DNA of 32,000 nucleotides from Methylorubrum extorquens (GTDB lineage Bacteria; Pseudomonadota; Alphaproteobacteria; Rhizobiales; Beijerinckiaceae): NCBI GenBank assembly GCA_900234795.1, contig LT962688.1, positions 3,180,001 to 3,212,000 of the forward strand, read 5' to 3'. Shown piece by piece: positions 8,601 to 20,600 of this stretch (position 1 is its first letter; each line of letters starts with the position of its first letter). The notes under the pieces were generated by a model. It saw only the letters and a program-made list of their open reading frames with translations, ran no database searches and was not told where the DNA came from. The position numbers and the translations under genes were made by a program.

Positions 8601-11600
8601 ATCGCCCACAGCCGCGCTCGTTGTGCGAACGAAGACCGGAATGAACGCCGAGAGCGTCACCGCGCCGTTGTCACCAAGGATCACGTCCGAACCCGAGCCC
8701 GTGCTGATCGTGTCGGCGCCAAAGCCGCCGATCACCACCGAGCCACCATCGCCGACCACGATGACGTCGCGGCCACCGACCTCCGGCATCGTCGAGGTGA
8801 TCTCGACCGGCCGCGCCTGGTCGTCGAAGTCGACCGTACCGTTGTCGCCAAGCGCCACTGAGCGGCCGGTGCCGAGCGTCAGCCGGTCGGCACCCGAGCC
8901 GCCGAGAACCACGCCGTTGCCGGCGCCGAGCGTGACGGTGTCGTCGCCCGACACGGCGACATCCGTGCTCTCGGCATGGACCGGCAGACCATTGGCGAGC
9001 CGGACCAGGCCGGCATCGCTGATGACGATGGCGTCGCCGGACTGGCCGTCGACGAGGTCGCTGCCGGCACCGCCGATGACGAGCTTGCGGCCGTTGCCGA
9101 GCTTGATCGTGTCGGCCACGCCGAGGGCCGGGGTCAGACTCTGCGCCAGGGTGAGAACCCCCGCCGCGTAGTCGAGTTGGCCGCTATCGCCGAGCACGGT
9201 CTTGGCGCCGTCACCGGCGGTGATCGTGTCGGAGCCGAAGCCGCCGATGATGGTATCGCTGCCGTCACCGGCCGTGATCGTGTCGTTGCCGCCCAGACCC
9301 GTGTCGGTGGACAGGATCTGCGCGAGCAGGCCGGCCGCGTCGTAGCCGACCGAGCCGAAGTCGCCGAGGATTACGTCGGCGCCCTTGCCGGTGGTGATCG
9401 TGTCGGCATCCACGCCGCCGAGGGCGAGGTTGTCGCCGTCGCCCGCCGCGATCGTATCCGTCCCGCCGATCTCCACATCCGTCGTGCGAACGAGGATCCG
9501 CTTGCCGTCGGTGCGGAAGGTGGCCAGGCCGTTGTCGCCGAGCACGACGTCCGCACCGGAGCCGGCGGTGATGGTGTCACTGCCGAAGCCGCCGAGGACG
9601 ACGTTGTCGCCGTCGCCCGCCACGATCGTGTCGTCGTCGCCGCGGTTCGAGTTCAGCGTGGCCACGCGCACGAGACGCCCGCCGGTGAAGCTCGCCTCGC
9701 CGAAGTCGCCGAGGATGAGATCCGCACCCTTGCCGGTGGTGATCTCGTCCCGGCCCGCGCCGCCGAAGACGAGGTTGTCGCCGTCGCCGCCGCGGATGAC
9801 GTCGCCTGCGCCGCGACGCTCATCGGTGGTGTAGACCTCGCGGACGAGGCCGTTCTCGAAGGTCACGACGCCCATGTCGCCGAGCACGATGTCGGCGCCC
9901 GAGCCGGTGGTGATGTCGTCCGAGCCGGCGGAGCCGATGACGACGTTGTCGCCGTCGCCGCCCTTGATCACGTCGCGGGCGCCGTCATCCGGATCGGTCG
10001 AGGCGAACGCGACGCGCACGCCCCCCTCGAACAGCGCGGTGCCGTTGTCGCCGAGGATCACGTCGTTGCCGCCGAGTGCGGTGATCGTGTCCGTGCCCGC
10101 ACCGCCGATGACGACGTTGTCGCCACCGCCGACGTAGATGGTGTCGTCGTCACCGAAGGTCGGGTCGAGGCTCTCGGCGCGCTTCAGGCGGCCCTGAGCG
10201 TCGAAGGTGAGGCGACCGTCATCGCCCAGCACGATGTCGGCATCGGCATCGTCCCGGCCGGCATCGATCGTGTCGGCGCCGAGGCCGCCGAGCACCACGT
10301 CGGCGCCCGCGCCCGACCTAAGGACGTCGCGCGTCCCGCCGTCGCGGCTGCTCTGGACGACGGCCCGGATGCCGCGCTCGAACCGGACGAGGCCGTTATC
10401 GCCGAGCACGATGTCGCCGCCGGTGCCCGTGACGACCGTGTCGCTGCCCGAACCGCCGAGCACGATGTTCTCGCCGTCGCCGGCCTCGATCCGGTCGTTG
10501 CCGGCATCCGTCGTGTCGGTCGAGGCGAACTCGACGCGAACGCCGGCCTCGAACACGGCGTAGCCATGGTCGCCGATGACGACGTCGTTGCCGCCCAAAG
10601 CCGTGACGACATCGCTGCCCGCGCCGCCGATAACGAGGTTGTCGCCGCCGCCCACCATGATCTCGTCGTCGTCGCCGAAGCCGACATCGAGGGTTTCGGC
10701 CCGCTTCACGCGGCCCTGCGCATCAAAGGTGATCTGGCCGTCGTCGCCGAAGACCACGTCGGCATCGGCGTCGGCTTGGCCGGCGTCGATCGTGTCGGCG
10801 CCCAGGCCGCCGAGCACCACATCGGCGCCCGCACCGGTGGTGATGGTGTCGCGCGCGCCGCCGTTGCGGTCGCTGACGATGCGGGCACGGATGCCGAGCT
10901 CGAACGTAGCGAGGCCGTTGTCGCCCAGCACGACGTCGGCGCCCGCGCCCGTGGTGACAGTGTCGCTGCCGGAGCCACCGATCACGAGGTTGTCGCCGTC
11001 ACCGACCTCGATCCGGTCGTTGCCGCCGTCGCTGGTCTCGGTCGAGGCCACCTCGACGCGGACGCCGGCAGCGAAGAGAGCGTAGCCCTGGTCGCCGAGC
11101 ACGATGTCATTGCCGCCGAGTGCAGCGATCACGTCGGCGCCCGTGCCCCCGATGACGAGGTTGTCACCGCCGCCGACCTTAATCTCGTCGTTGCCGCCGA
11201 AGCCGGCATCGAAGCTCTCGGCACGGATCACCCCACCGGTCGCATCGAAGGTGACGTGGCCGTTATCGCCGAACACGATGTCGGCGTCGGTGTCGGCCTG
11301 GCCGGCATCGATCACGTCGCCGCCCAGGCCGCCGAGCACGAGATCCGCGCCGGCTCCGGTGGTGATCGTATCGGAGGCGCCGCCGATCCGATCGCTGACG
11401 ATCTCCAGACGGATTCCGCCTGCAAAGCGGATCGTGCCGTTGTCGCCCAGCACGACGTCGGCGCCCGCGCCGGTCGTGATGGTGTCGGTGCCCGAGCCAC
11501 CCAGCACGACGTTGTCGCCGTCGCCGACCGCGATCCGGTCGTTGCCGGCACCCGTCGCATCGGCCGAGACGAAGACCACGCGCAGACCGGCCTCGAACTC

Positions 11601-14600
11601 GGCGTAGCCGCCATCGCCGATCACCGCGTCGCTGCCGCCGAGCGCGGTCACGACGTCGCTGCCGGCCCCGGCGATGACCACGTTGTCGCCGGCTCCGACA
11701 TTGATCGTGTCGTTGCCGCCGAAGCCCAGATCGAAGCTCTCGGCCCGCTTGACGCGACCGCTGGTCTCGAAGGTGGCGCGACCGTCGTCACCGAGCACGA
11801 GATCCGCGCCCGCGCCCGTGGTGATGGTGTCGTTGCCCGAGCCGCCGAGCACGACGTTGTCGCCGTCGCCGGTTTCGATCCGGTCGTTGCCGCCGTCACT
11901 GGTCTCGGTCGAGGCCACCTCGACGCGGACACCGGCGGCGAACAAGGCGTAGCCCTGGTCGCCGAGCACGATGTCGTTGCCGCCGAGCGCGGTGATGACG
12001 TCAGCGCCCGTGCCGCCGATGACGAGGTTGTCGCCGCCGCCCACGTCGATGGTGTCGTCATCGCCGAAGCCCGGATCGAGGCTCTCGGCCCGCTTCACGC
12101 GGCCCTGCGCATCGAAGGTGACGTGGCCGTCATCGCCGAACACGACGTCGGCATCCGTATCCAGCCGGCCCGCGTCGATCGTGTCGGCGCCCAGGCCGCC
12201 GAGCACCACGTCGGCGCCCGCGCCCGTGGCGATGACGTCGCGCGCCCCGCCGTTGCGGTCGCTGACCACACGCGCCCGAATGCCGAGCTCGTAGGCGACG
12301 AGACCGTTGTCGCCCAGCACGACGTCGGCGCCCGTACCCGTGGTGACGGTGTCGCTGCCGGAGCCGCCGATCACGACGTTGTCGCCGTCACCGGCCTCGA
12401 TCCGGTCGTTGCCGCCGTCGGCGGTGTCGGTCGAGGCGAACTCGATCCGCACGCCGGCCTCGAACACCGCGTAGCCGTTGTCGCCGATGACGATGTCGCC
12501 GCCGCCCAGCGCCGTGACGATGTCGGCCCCGGTGCCGCCGATGACGAGGTTGTCGCCGGCGCCGACCTTGATCTCGTCGTTGCCGCCGAAGCCGGCATCG
12601 AAGCTTTCGGCCCGGATCACGCCACCGGTCGCGTTGAAGGTGACGTGGCCGTTGTCGCCGAACACGATGTCGGCGTCCGTGTCGGCTTGGCCGGCATCGA
12701 TCGTGTCGCCGCCCAGACCGCCGAGCACGAGATCCGCACCGGCTCCGGTGGTGATCGTGTCGGAGGCGCCACCGATCCGGTCGCTGACGATTTCCAGACG
12801 GATTCCGCCTGCAAAGCGGATCGTGCCGTTGTCGCCCAGCACGACGTCGGCGCCCGCGCCGGTCATGATGGTGTCGGTGCCCGAACCACCCAGCACGACG
12901 TTGTCGCCGTCGCCGACCGCGATCCGGTCGTTGCCGGCGCCCGTTGCATCGGCCGAGACGAAGACCACGCACATACCGGCCTCGAACTCGGCGTAGCCGC
13001 CATCGCCGATGACCGCGTCGTTGCCGCCGAGCGCGGTCACGACGTCGCTGCCGGCCCCGGCGATGACGACGTTGTCGCCGGCTCCGACATCGATCGTGTC
13101 GTTGCCGCCAAAGCCCAGATCGAAGCTCTCGGCCCGCTGGACCCGGCCGCTGGTCTCGAAGGTGGCGCGACCGTCGTCACCGAGCACCACGTCGTTGCCG
13201 CCGAGCGCGGTGATCCGGTCGGCACCGGTACCGCCGACGACGATGTTGTCGCCGCCGCCGACATCGATGCTGTCGTCGTCCCCGATGCCGAAATCCAGGC
13301 TCTCAGCGCGCTTCACGCGGCCCTGACCGTCGAAGGTGACGTGGCCGTTGTCGCCGAAGACGATGTCGGCATCGGCATCATTCTTCCCGGCATCGATCGT
13401 GTCGGCACCCAGGCCGCCGAGGACGAGGTCCGCGCCGGCTCCGGTGGTGATCGTGTCGCCTGCGCCGCCGTCACGGCCGCTCGTCAGTTCGAGGCGGATA
13501 CCGCCTGCGAAGGTCACCGCACCGTTGTCGCCCAGCACGACGTCGGCACCGGCACCCGTAGTGATCGTATCGGAGCCCGCGCCGCCGATGACGATGTTGT
13601 TGCCGCTACCGGCATCGATGCTGTCGTCGCCGCCGGCGGTCGGATCCGTGGCCTCCGCGCGGATGACGCGGCCCAGTTCGTCGAAGGTGATGTGACCGCT
13701 ATCGCCGATGACGATGTCGTCGTCGGCATCCAACTTGCCGGCGTCGATCGTGTCGCCGCCGAGACCGCCGATGACGAGGTCGGCGCCGGCACCGGTGACG
13801 ATCGTGTCACGCGTACCGCCCGACAGGTCGCTCTTGGCCTCGAGGCGGATTCCGCCTGCGAAGATCACGGTGCCGTTGTCGCCGAGCACGATATCCGCGC
13901 CGGCCCCCGTGGTGATCGCGTCCGAGCCCGCGCCGCCGAGGATCAGGTTGGCACCCGCGCCTGCCAGAATCTCGTCGTCGCCACCGAGCGTCGGATCGAC
14001 GGTCTCGGCGAGCGAGACGCGGCCGAGGGCGTCGAAGGTGATGTGGCCGTTGTCGCCGAAGACGATGTCAGCGTCCGTATCGTCCTTGCCGGCATCGACG
14101 ATGTCGCCGCCGAGGCCGCCGATGATGAGGTCGGCGCCGGCACCGGTGACGATGGTGTCGCGACCGCCACCGCCGACGCGCTCGCTGAGAGCCTCACGCA
14201 GGACGCCGTCCACGAAGTCGACGGCGCCGTTATCGCCGAACACGAGGTCGGCACCGATGCCGGTGGTGATGGTGTCGCTGCCGGAGCCGCCGAGCACGAC
14301 GTTGTCGCCGTCGCCCGCGCGGATGATGTCGTCGCCCGCCACGCTCTCGTTCTTGGTCGAGACGCGCACGAGCTTGCCCTGCGCGAAGGTCGCCGCACCG
14401 TCGTCGCCGAGGATGATGTCGAGACCGGCCCCGGTGGTGATGTCGTCGGCGCCGACGCCGCCGAACACCACGTTGTCGCCCTCGCCCGCCACGATGGCGT
14501 CGCCGCCGCCGAAGGTGGATTCCATCGTCTCGATCGAGACCAGGACCCCGTTCAGGAACACGGCGCTGCCGTTGTCGCCGAGGATCACGTCGACGCCCGA

Positions 14601-17600
14601 TCCGGTCTGGATCTTGTCGGCCCCGACGCCGCCGATGACGACGCTGCCGCCATCGCCGAGGGTGATCTCGTCGCGTGCGCCTGCCGTGGCGGCGGTGGTC
14701 GCCGCCTGGAGCACGCGGCCCTGCGCGTCGAAGGTCGCCTGGCCGTTGTCGCCGAGCACCGTGCTGCGGCCGTTGCCGGCCGCGATGATGTCGCTGCCCG
14801 AGCCGCCGAGGATCACGGCCACGCCGTCGCCGACAGTGATCGTGTCGTCGCCGCCGACGTTGTCGTAGGTCGTCTCGACCACGATCGGCAGGCCGGCGGT
14901 GGTGAGCCGGGCATGGCCGGCATCGCCCAGGATGACGTTGGTGTCGGTGCCGAGCTTCACGCCGTTGCGGAGGCCCGCAGTGATGCTGTCGCCACCGGCA
15001 CCGCCGATGACGGTGTTACGGCCGCTGCCGAGCGCGATCGTGTCCTTGTCGCCGACCTCCGGGCTGATGCTGGCGATCTCGACGATGATGCCGGCCTCGA
15101 AATCGGCCTGGCCGCTGTCGCCGAGCACGACGTTGTTGCCGTCGCCGATGGTGATCGTGTCGCGGCCCGTGCCGCCGAGCACGACGTTGTTGCCGTCGCC
15201 GATGGTGATCGTGTCGTCGCCGCCGATCGCGGTGTCGAACGAGAGCGCGCGCTGCATCAGGCCGAGGGCATCGAAGGTGACGATGCCGTTGTCGCCCAGG
15301 ATGACCGCGCCCTTGTCGCCGCCCCGGATCGTGTCGCCGCCCATGCCGCCGAGCACGACGTTGTTGCCGGCGCCGAAGGTGATCGTGTCGCTTCCGCCGA
15401 TGGAGGGCGCCGTGGTGGCGATGCGCGCCAGCACGCTGGTCGTGACCCCATTCGTGACCGTCACGGTGAAGTCGGCCTCGCCGCTATCGCCGAGGATGAC
15501 GTGGTTGCCCGCGCCGGTGGTGATGGTGTCGCCACCCGCACCGCCGATGATCCGCGAGGCGCCGTCCTCGGCCGTGATGATATCGGCACCGCCAACCTCG
15601 GGCGTGATCGATTCGATGCGCTGGGCGCGGCCGTTGCGGAACACCGCCTTGCCGCTGTCGCCCAGGATCACGTGGTTGCCCGCGCCGACCTTGATCGTGT
15701 CCGCGCCCGCACCACCGAGGATCGTGGTGTCGCCCTCGGTCGCCGCGATCGTGTCGTTGCCGCCGATCTCGGTCGCCGTCGAGGTCACCGTCGCGATGAT
15801 GCCATCGACGAAGGTGGCCGAGCCGCTGTCGCCGAGTACGACCTGCGTGCCCTTGCCGAGCGTGATCCGGTCCGCGCCCGCACCGCCGATGACCGTGACG
15901 TTGCCGTCCTTGGCGGTGACGGTGTCATCGCCGCCGATGGCGGGATCGATGCTCTCGATCGAGACCAGTGCACCGGCGCTGAAGCGGGCCTTGCCGCTGT
16001 CGCCGAGGATGACGTGGTTACCCGCGCCGACATCGATGCCGTCCGAGCCGGCACCGCCGATGATGGTGGTGTCACCGTCGGCCGCCGTGATCGTGTCGTT
16101 GCCGCCGATCTCGGTCGCGATCGCGGTGATGTCCTGGATCTTGCCGTTCGCGAAGGTGGCCGAACCGCTGTCGCCGAGCACGACCTGTGTGCCCTGGCCG
16201 AGCGTGATCCGGTCAGCACCCGCGCCGCCGAGCGCCGTGACGTTGCCGTCCTTGGCGGTGATGACGTCATTGCCGCCGATGCCCGGATCGATGCTCTCGA
16301 TCGAGACCAGCGCGCCCGCGGTGAACACGGCCCTGCCGTTGTCGCCGAGGATGACGTGGTTGCCCGCGCCCACATCGATCGTGTCGGCGCCCGCGCCGCC
16401 GATGATCGTGGTGTCGCCTTCGGACGCGGTGATCGTGTCGCCGCCACCGATCGCGGTCGCCACCGAGGTGATGGTCGCGATCTTGCCGTCCGTGAAGGTG
16501 GCCGAACCGCTATCGCCGAGCACGACCTGCGTGCCCTTGCCGAGCGTGATCTTGTCGGCGCCGGCGCCGCCGATGACCGTGGCGTTGCCGTCTCTCGCCG
16601 TCACGGCGTCGTTGTCGCCGATCTCGGGATCGATGCTCTCGATCGAGACCAGCGCACCCGCGGTGAACACGGCCTTGCCGTTGTCACCGAGGATGACGTG
16701 GTTGCCCGCGCCCACATCGATTGTGTCGGCGCCTGCACCGCCGATGATCGTGGTGTCGCCGTCGGATGCGGTGATCGTGTCACCGCCGCCGATCGCCGTC
16801 GCGATCGCGGTGATGGTCGCGATCTTGCCGTTCGTGAAGGTGGCCGCGCCGCTGTCACCGAGCACGACCTGCGTGCCCTTGCCGAGGGTGATCTTGTCCG
16901 CGCCCGCGCCGCCGATGACCGTGACGTTGCCGTCGCCGGTCTCGATGCTGTCGTCGTCGCCGACGGCCGCCTCGTCGTCCGCGGTCTTGATGCTGGTCAG
17001 GACCGGGACCGGGACGGTCACGCCATTGATGTTCCGCGTGCCCGGGACGAAGCGCGCCTCGCCGGTATCGCCGAGGATCACATGCGTGCCCTTGCCGACG
17101 GTGATGCCGTCCTTGCCGGCGCCGCCGATGATGGTGGTGTCGCCGTCGCTCGCCTTGATCGTGTCGGCGTCGCCGGTCGTCCCGGCGATGCTGCGCAGGC
17201 TGGTCAGGACGCCGCTGTCGAACACGGCCTCGCCATTGTCGCCGAGGATGACGTGGTTGCCCGCGCCCGCGGTGATGGTGTCGGCGCCGAAGCCGCCGAT
17301 GACGATGTTGTTGCCGTCGGTCGCGGTGATCAGGTCGCCGCCGCCGATGCCGGTGAAGGTCGAGACGATCCGGCTGACGACGTGGGTGCCTTCGAGCGCG
17401 ATGCCCGCGGCGGCCGAGCCGTCCTGATAGATCTGGGCGTGATCGCCGACGATGACGTTGTCGCCGCCCTTGGCATCGATCGTGTCGGTGCCCGCGGCCC
17501 GCGGCTGATCGATGAAGGGATCGGCGATCGTCACGATGCGGCGGACGTCGTCGAGGTTGAGGCTGGAATCGCCGAGGATGGTGTCCGCGGCCGGTCCTCC

Positions 17601-20600
17601 GACGATGGTGTCGTTGCCGGTGCCGCCGGCGATGATGTTGCGCCCCTTGCCGCCGGTGATCGTGTCGTTGCCGGCGCCGCCGTCGATGATGACGAGGCCG
17701 GTCGCGCCCGAGGCATCGATGATGTCGTTGAGGCTGACGACCGTGTTGTCGCGGTCCAGGGTCCCCTCGTCGCGGAAGCCGTAGCCGCGTCCGGTCTGCT
17801 TCTCGAAGGTGGAGTCGTAGCGGCTGCCATCGGCGGTGGTATCGCCGAACAGGGCGAGCGTGCCCTGCGAGCCGGTCACCGTGATCGTATCGGCGCCGCC
17901 GCCGGCATGGATCGCGGTGAGGGTGCCGATGGCCGTGCCGGTCACCGTGACCGTGTCGGCGCCGGAGCCGAGCAGCAGCTCGACCGACCGCATGCCGCTA
18001 TAGGTCACGCCGCCCTCGAAGGTGCGCACGGTGTTGCTGCTGCTCGTGGCCGTGGTGACGTCGTTCGTCGACATGCCGAAGCCGTCGATATGCGTGGCAC
18101 TCACCGTGCCGGAGACGCCCGCCGTCGTGGAGTCGTTGTAGAGCGTGACCTTATCGAAGTCGGGCAGCCCGTCATCGGCGATCGTGCGGCCGACGACAGG
18201 GTTGTTCTCGCCCGGCAGGGCGATCGCCAGGGTCAGCGAACGGCTCTCAGGGCCGACGCCGCCCTCCAGGACCAGCGGTCCCTCGATGCCGCTGAGCTCG
18301 TGCGGCTGACGCGAGAAGGTCTTGAGGTCCGAGGTCGTGCGCGCCCCGTTGGGATCGCGCGCCACGGTGACCCGAACGGCCCGGTCCCAATCGGCCGCGG
18401 TGAAGGTGATGGTGGCCGGGTTGGTGCCGTTGGCCGCCTTGAACCGGCTGTCCGCGCTCGACGTGATCGTCTGGCCGTCTCCGGCCAGCGTGATCGTCAC
18501 CGGCGCCTTCGGCTGCATGGTCAGGACGACGTCGTAGTAGGACGTCTGATTCGGCGTCACCACGACGCCGCCCTCCTTGGGCGTGACCACCACACCGGCG
18601 GTGTTGCCGTCGGTCACCTGCACCCGCACCATTGGCTGGCCGACGAGCGCCGCCTTGAAGAAGCCCTCCGTGGCCGTGCCGTTCAGGCTGCTGGTGACGG
18701 TGTGGGTGATCTCCGCGACGAAGCGGTTCTCGGGCTTCAGGTCTGCCGGGGAGGAGACCAGCACCGTCTGCGGCTGGTTCCAGTTGGTGAGGGTGAAGGT
18801 GAGATAGGCCCGGCCGTTACCGTCTCTCGGGAGCAGGTTGCCGTTGCCGTCGGAGAAGACGACTTCCGTGCTCGACACGTTGAGCGTGACGCGCACCTCC
18901 TCGCCGAGCAGCGGAGCGTTGTTGAGGACGATTGTGTAGTCGTCCCTGTTCTGGGGCTTGTTGCCGTTGCCCTCGATGACCGACGTCGCGCCGCCGCTCT
19001 CGGTGATGATCAGCCCCGGCTTGTCGTTGTCGATGACCTTGACCAGCGTGTTGCGGACGAAGGTGCCGTTCACCTCCGCGTGGGAGCTGATCACCGAGTG
19101 GCCGATCGCCACGTTCTGGTCGCCCTCCAGCGCCGTGTCCGACTTGGCGCGGACGAAGATCGTCCGGTCGGCACTCCAGACGTAGGTGTTGCTGACGGTG
19201 TCGAGGATTGCAGTGAAGCGCAGCGTCAGCGCATCCGCCCAGGTGATGCCGTCCGTCGAGATCTCGACGGTGCCCGCATTGCCGGCCAGTGCGCGCATCT
19301 GCGCCGAGGATTGCGCGGCCGAGACCGTGACCACGGCCCAGTCGTTGACGCCCAGCGGCGCCGCCTTCGGTGCGGGCGGTGCGATCTTGTAGGTGCCGAC
19401 GCGGCTGCCGGCGGCATCCGGCGTCGTGATGCCGGAATCCTCGCGCAGGGTCAGCCCGCCGCCGTCGCTGACGGCGCCCGCATCGGCCGCCGAGACCGAC
19501 GCGTTGATGCCCGGCACGAACAGGCCGTTGAAGGCCGGGTCGGTGCTGGAGATCGTGTGATTGATGACTGCCGCGTTGCCCTTGGCGTCCCGCGCGACGA
19601 CCTCGCCGCTGACGTCGCCGGCGACGTGGAAGGTGTCGCTGCCGAGGCCGCCGATCAGCGTGGTGACGACGCCCGCCGGCGTGGAGAGCACGTAGAAGGT
19701 GTCGTCGCCCTCCAGGCCGTCGACCTCGACCGCCTGGATGTTGGTGAAGCGGATCGACAGGCCGGCACCGAAGATGCCGTCGCGCGTCACCACGAAGGTG
19801 TCGGCGAATTCGGTGCCGAGCGCGACGATCTTATTGAAGCCGGAGCCGCCATCGATGTCGAGCAGCGCGTTGATGTTGTACTCGATCCGGTCATTGCCGG
19901 CGCCGGCATTGAGCTTGATCTTGTTCTCGGACGCGGTGGCGAAGGCGCGCACGATGAAGACGTCGTCGCCGTCCTCGCCCTCGAGACGCAGGTCCGCCTT
20001 GTTCGAGTAGATCTGGAAGGTGTCGTCGCCGAGACCGCCGTAGATCACCGCCGGGATCGAGATGCCGCGGGACAGGTAGCCGCCGAAGGACAGCTTCGTC
20101 GTCTCGAACGCGTCCTCCACCAGCAGCCCGTTGGGGACGTCGCGCGGCGTCGCGAAGACCTGGCCGACCTGGAAGAAGTCGTTGCCCTCGCCGCCGTCGA
20201 TGGTCATCAGCGCGGCGTTGTCGTCCATCGCGAAGCGGTCGTCACCCTTGCCGCCTTCGACGATGACGCGTCCGTTGATGCTCATGTCGTAGTTGATCCG
20301 CTCGACGACGGCGTTCACCGGGTAGGTGCCGTCGGCATTCGGATGGACGAGCGCGACGAAGTTCCGGCGCATCAGGAACTGGTCGGCGGCATCGGTGCCG
20401 AGGATCGTCAGGGTGTCGACGCCCCGGTCGGGGTTGCCGGAATCCGTCACGTTGATGCGGTAGGACGAGGCGCCGGCGAGTTGGATGCGGATCGTGTCCG
20501 TGTCCTGGCCGCCGTCGATGTCGAGCGTGTCGGTGGTGCTACCGGTCCTGCTGGTGAGCGAGGGCAGGCGATCGACATTGATCGTGTCGGCGCCGTCCTC

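Larger units (their letters stand above)
5915..17455 (-). repeat. array of about 66 consecutive ~57-aa RTX-derived units (five 9-aa turns plus a ~12-aa insert per unit)
   Basis: I parsed the translation by hand into 66 units, each beginning GDxGxAxF. They run from GDHAQIYQDG (~17455) to GDNGRADLALVAG...GGGGHDVLF (~5915). A typical unit is GDSGSATFTDG KIATITSVATAI GGGDTITAS EGDTTIIGG AGADTIDVG AGNHVIL. Confidence 0.9.

Noticed and set aside
5915-17455. Possibility that the regular DNA periodicity is a CRISPR array or non-coding satellite
   Set aside because: All periods (171, 342, 1206, 1389 nt) are multiples of three. There is no alternation of identical repeats with unique spacers. The whole region is one open frame with conserved protein motifs and third-position variation between copies.
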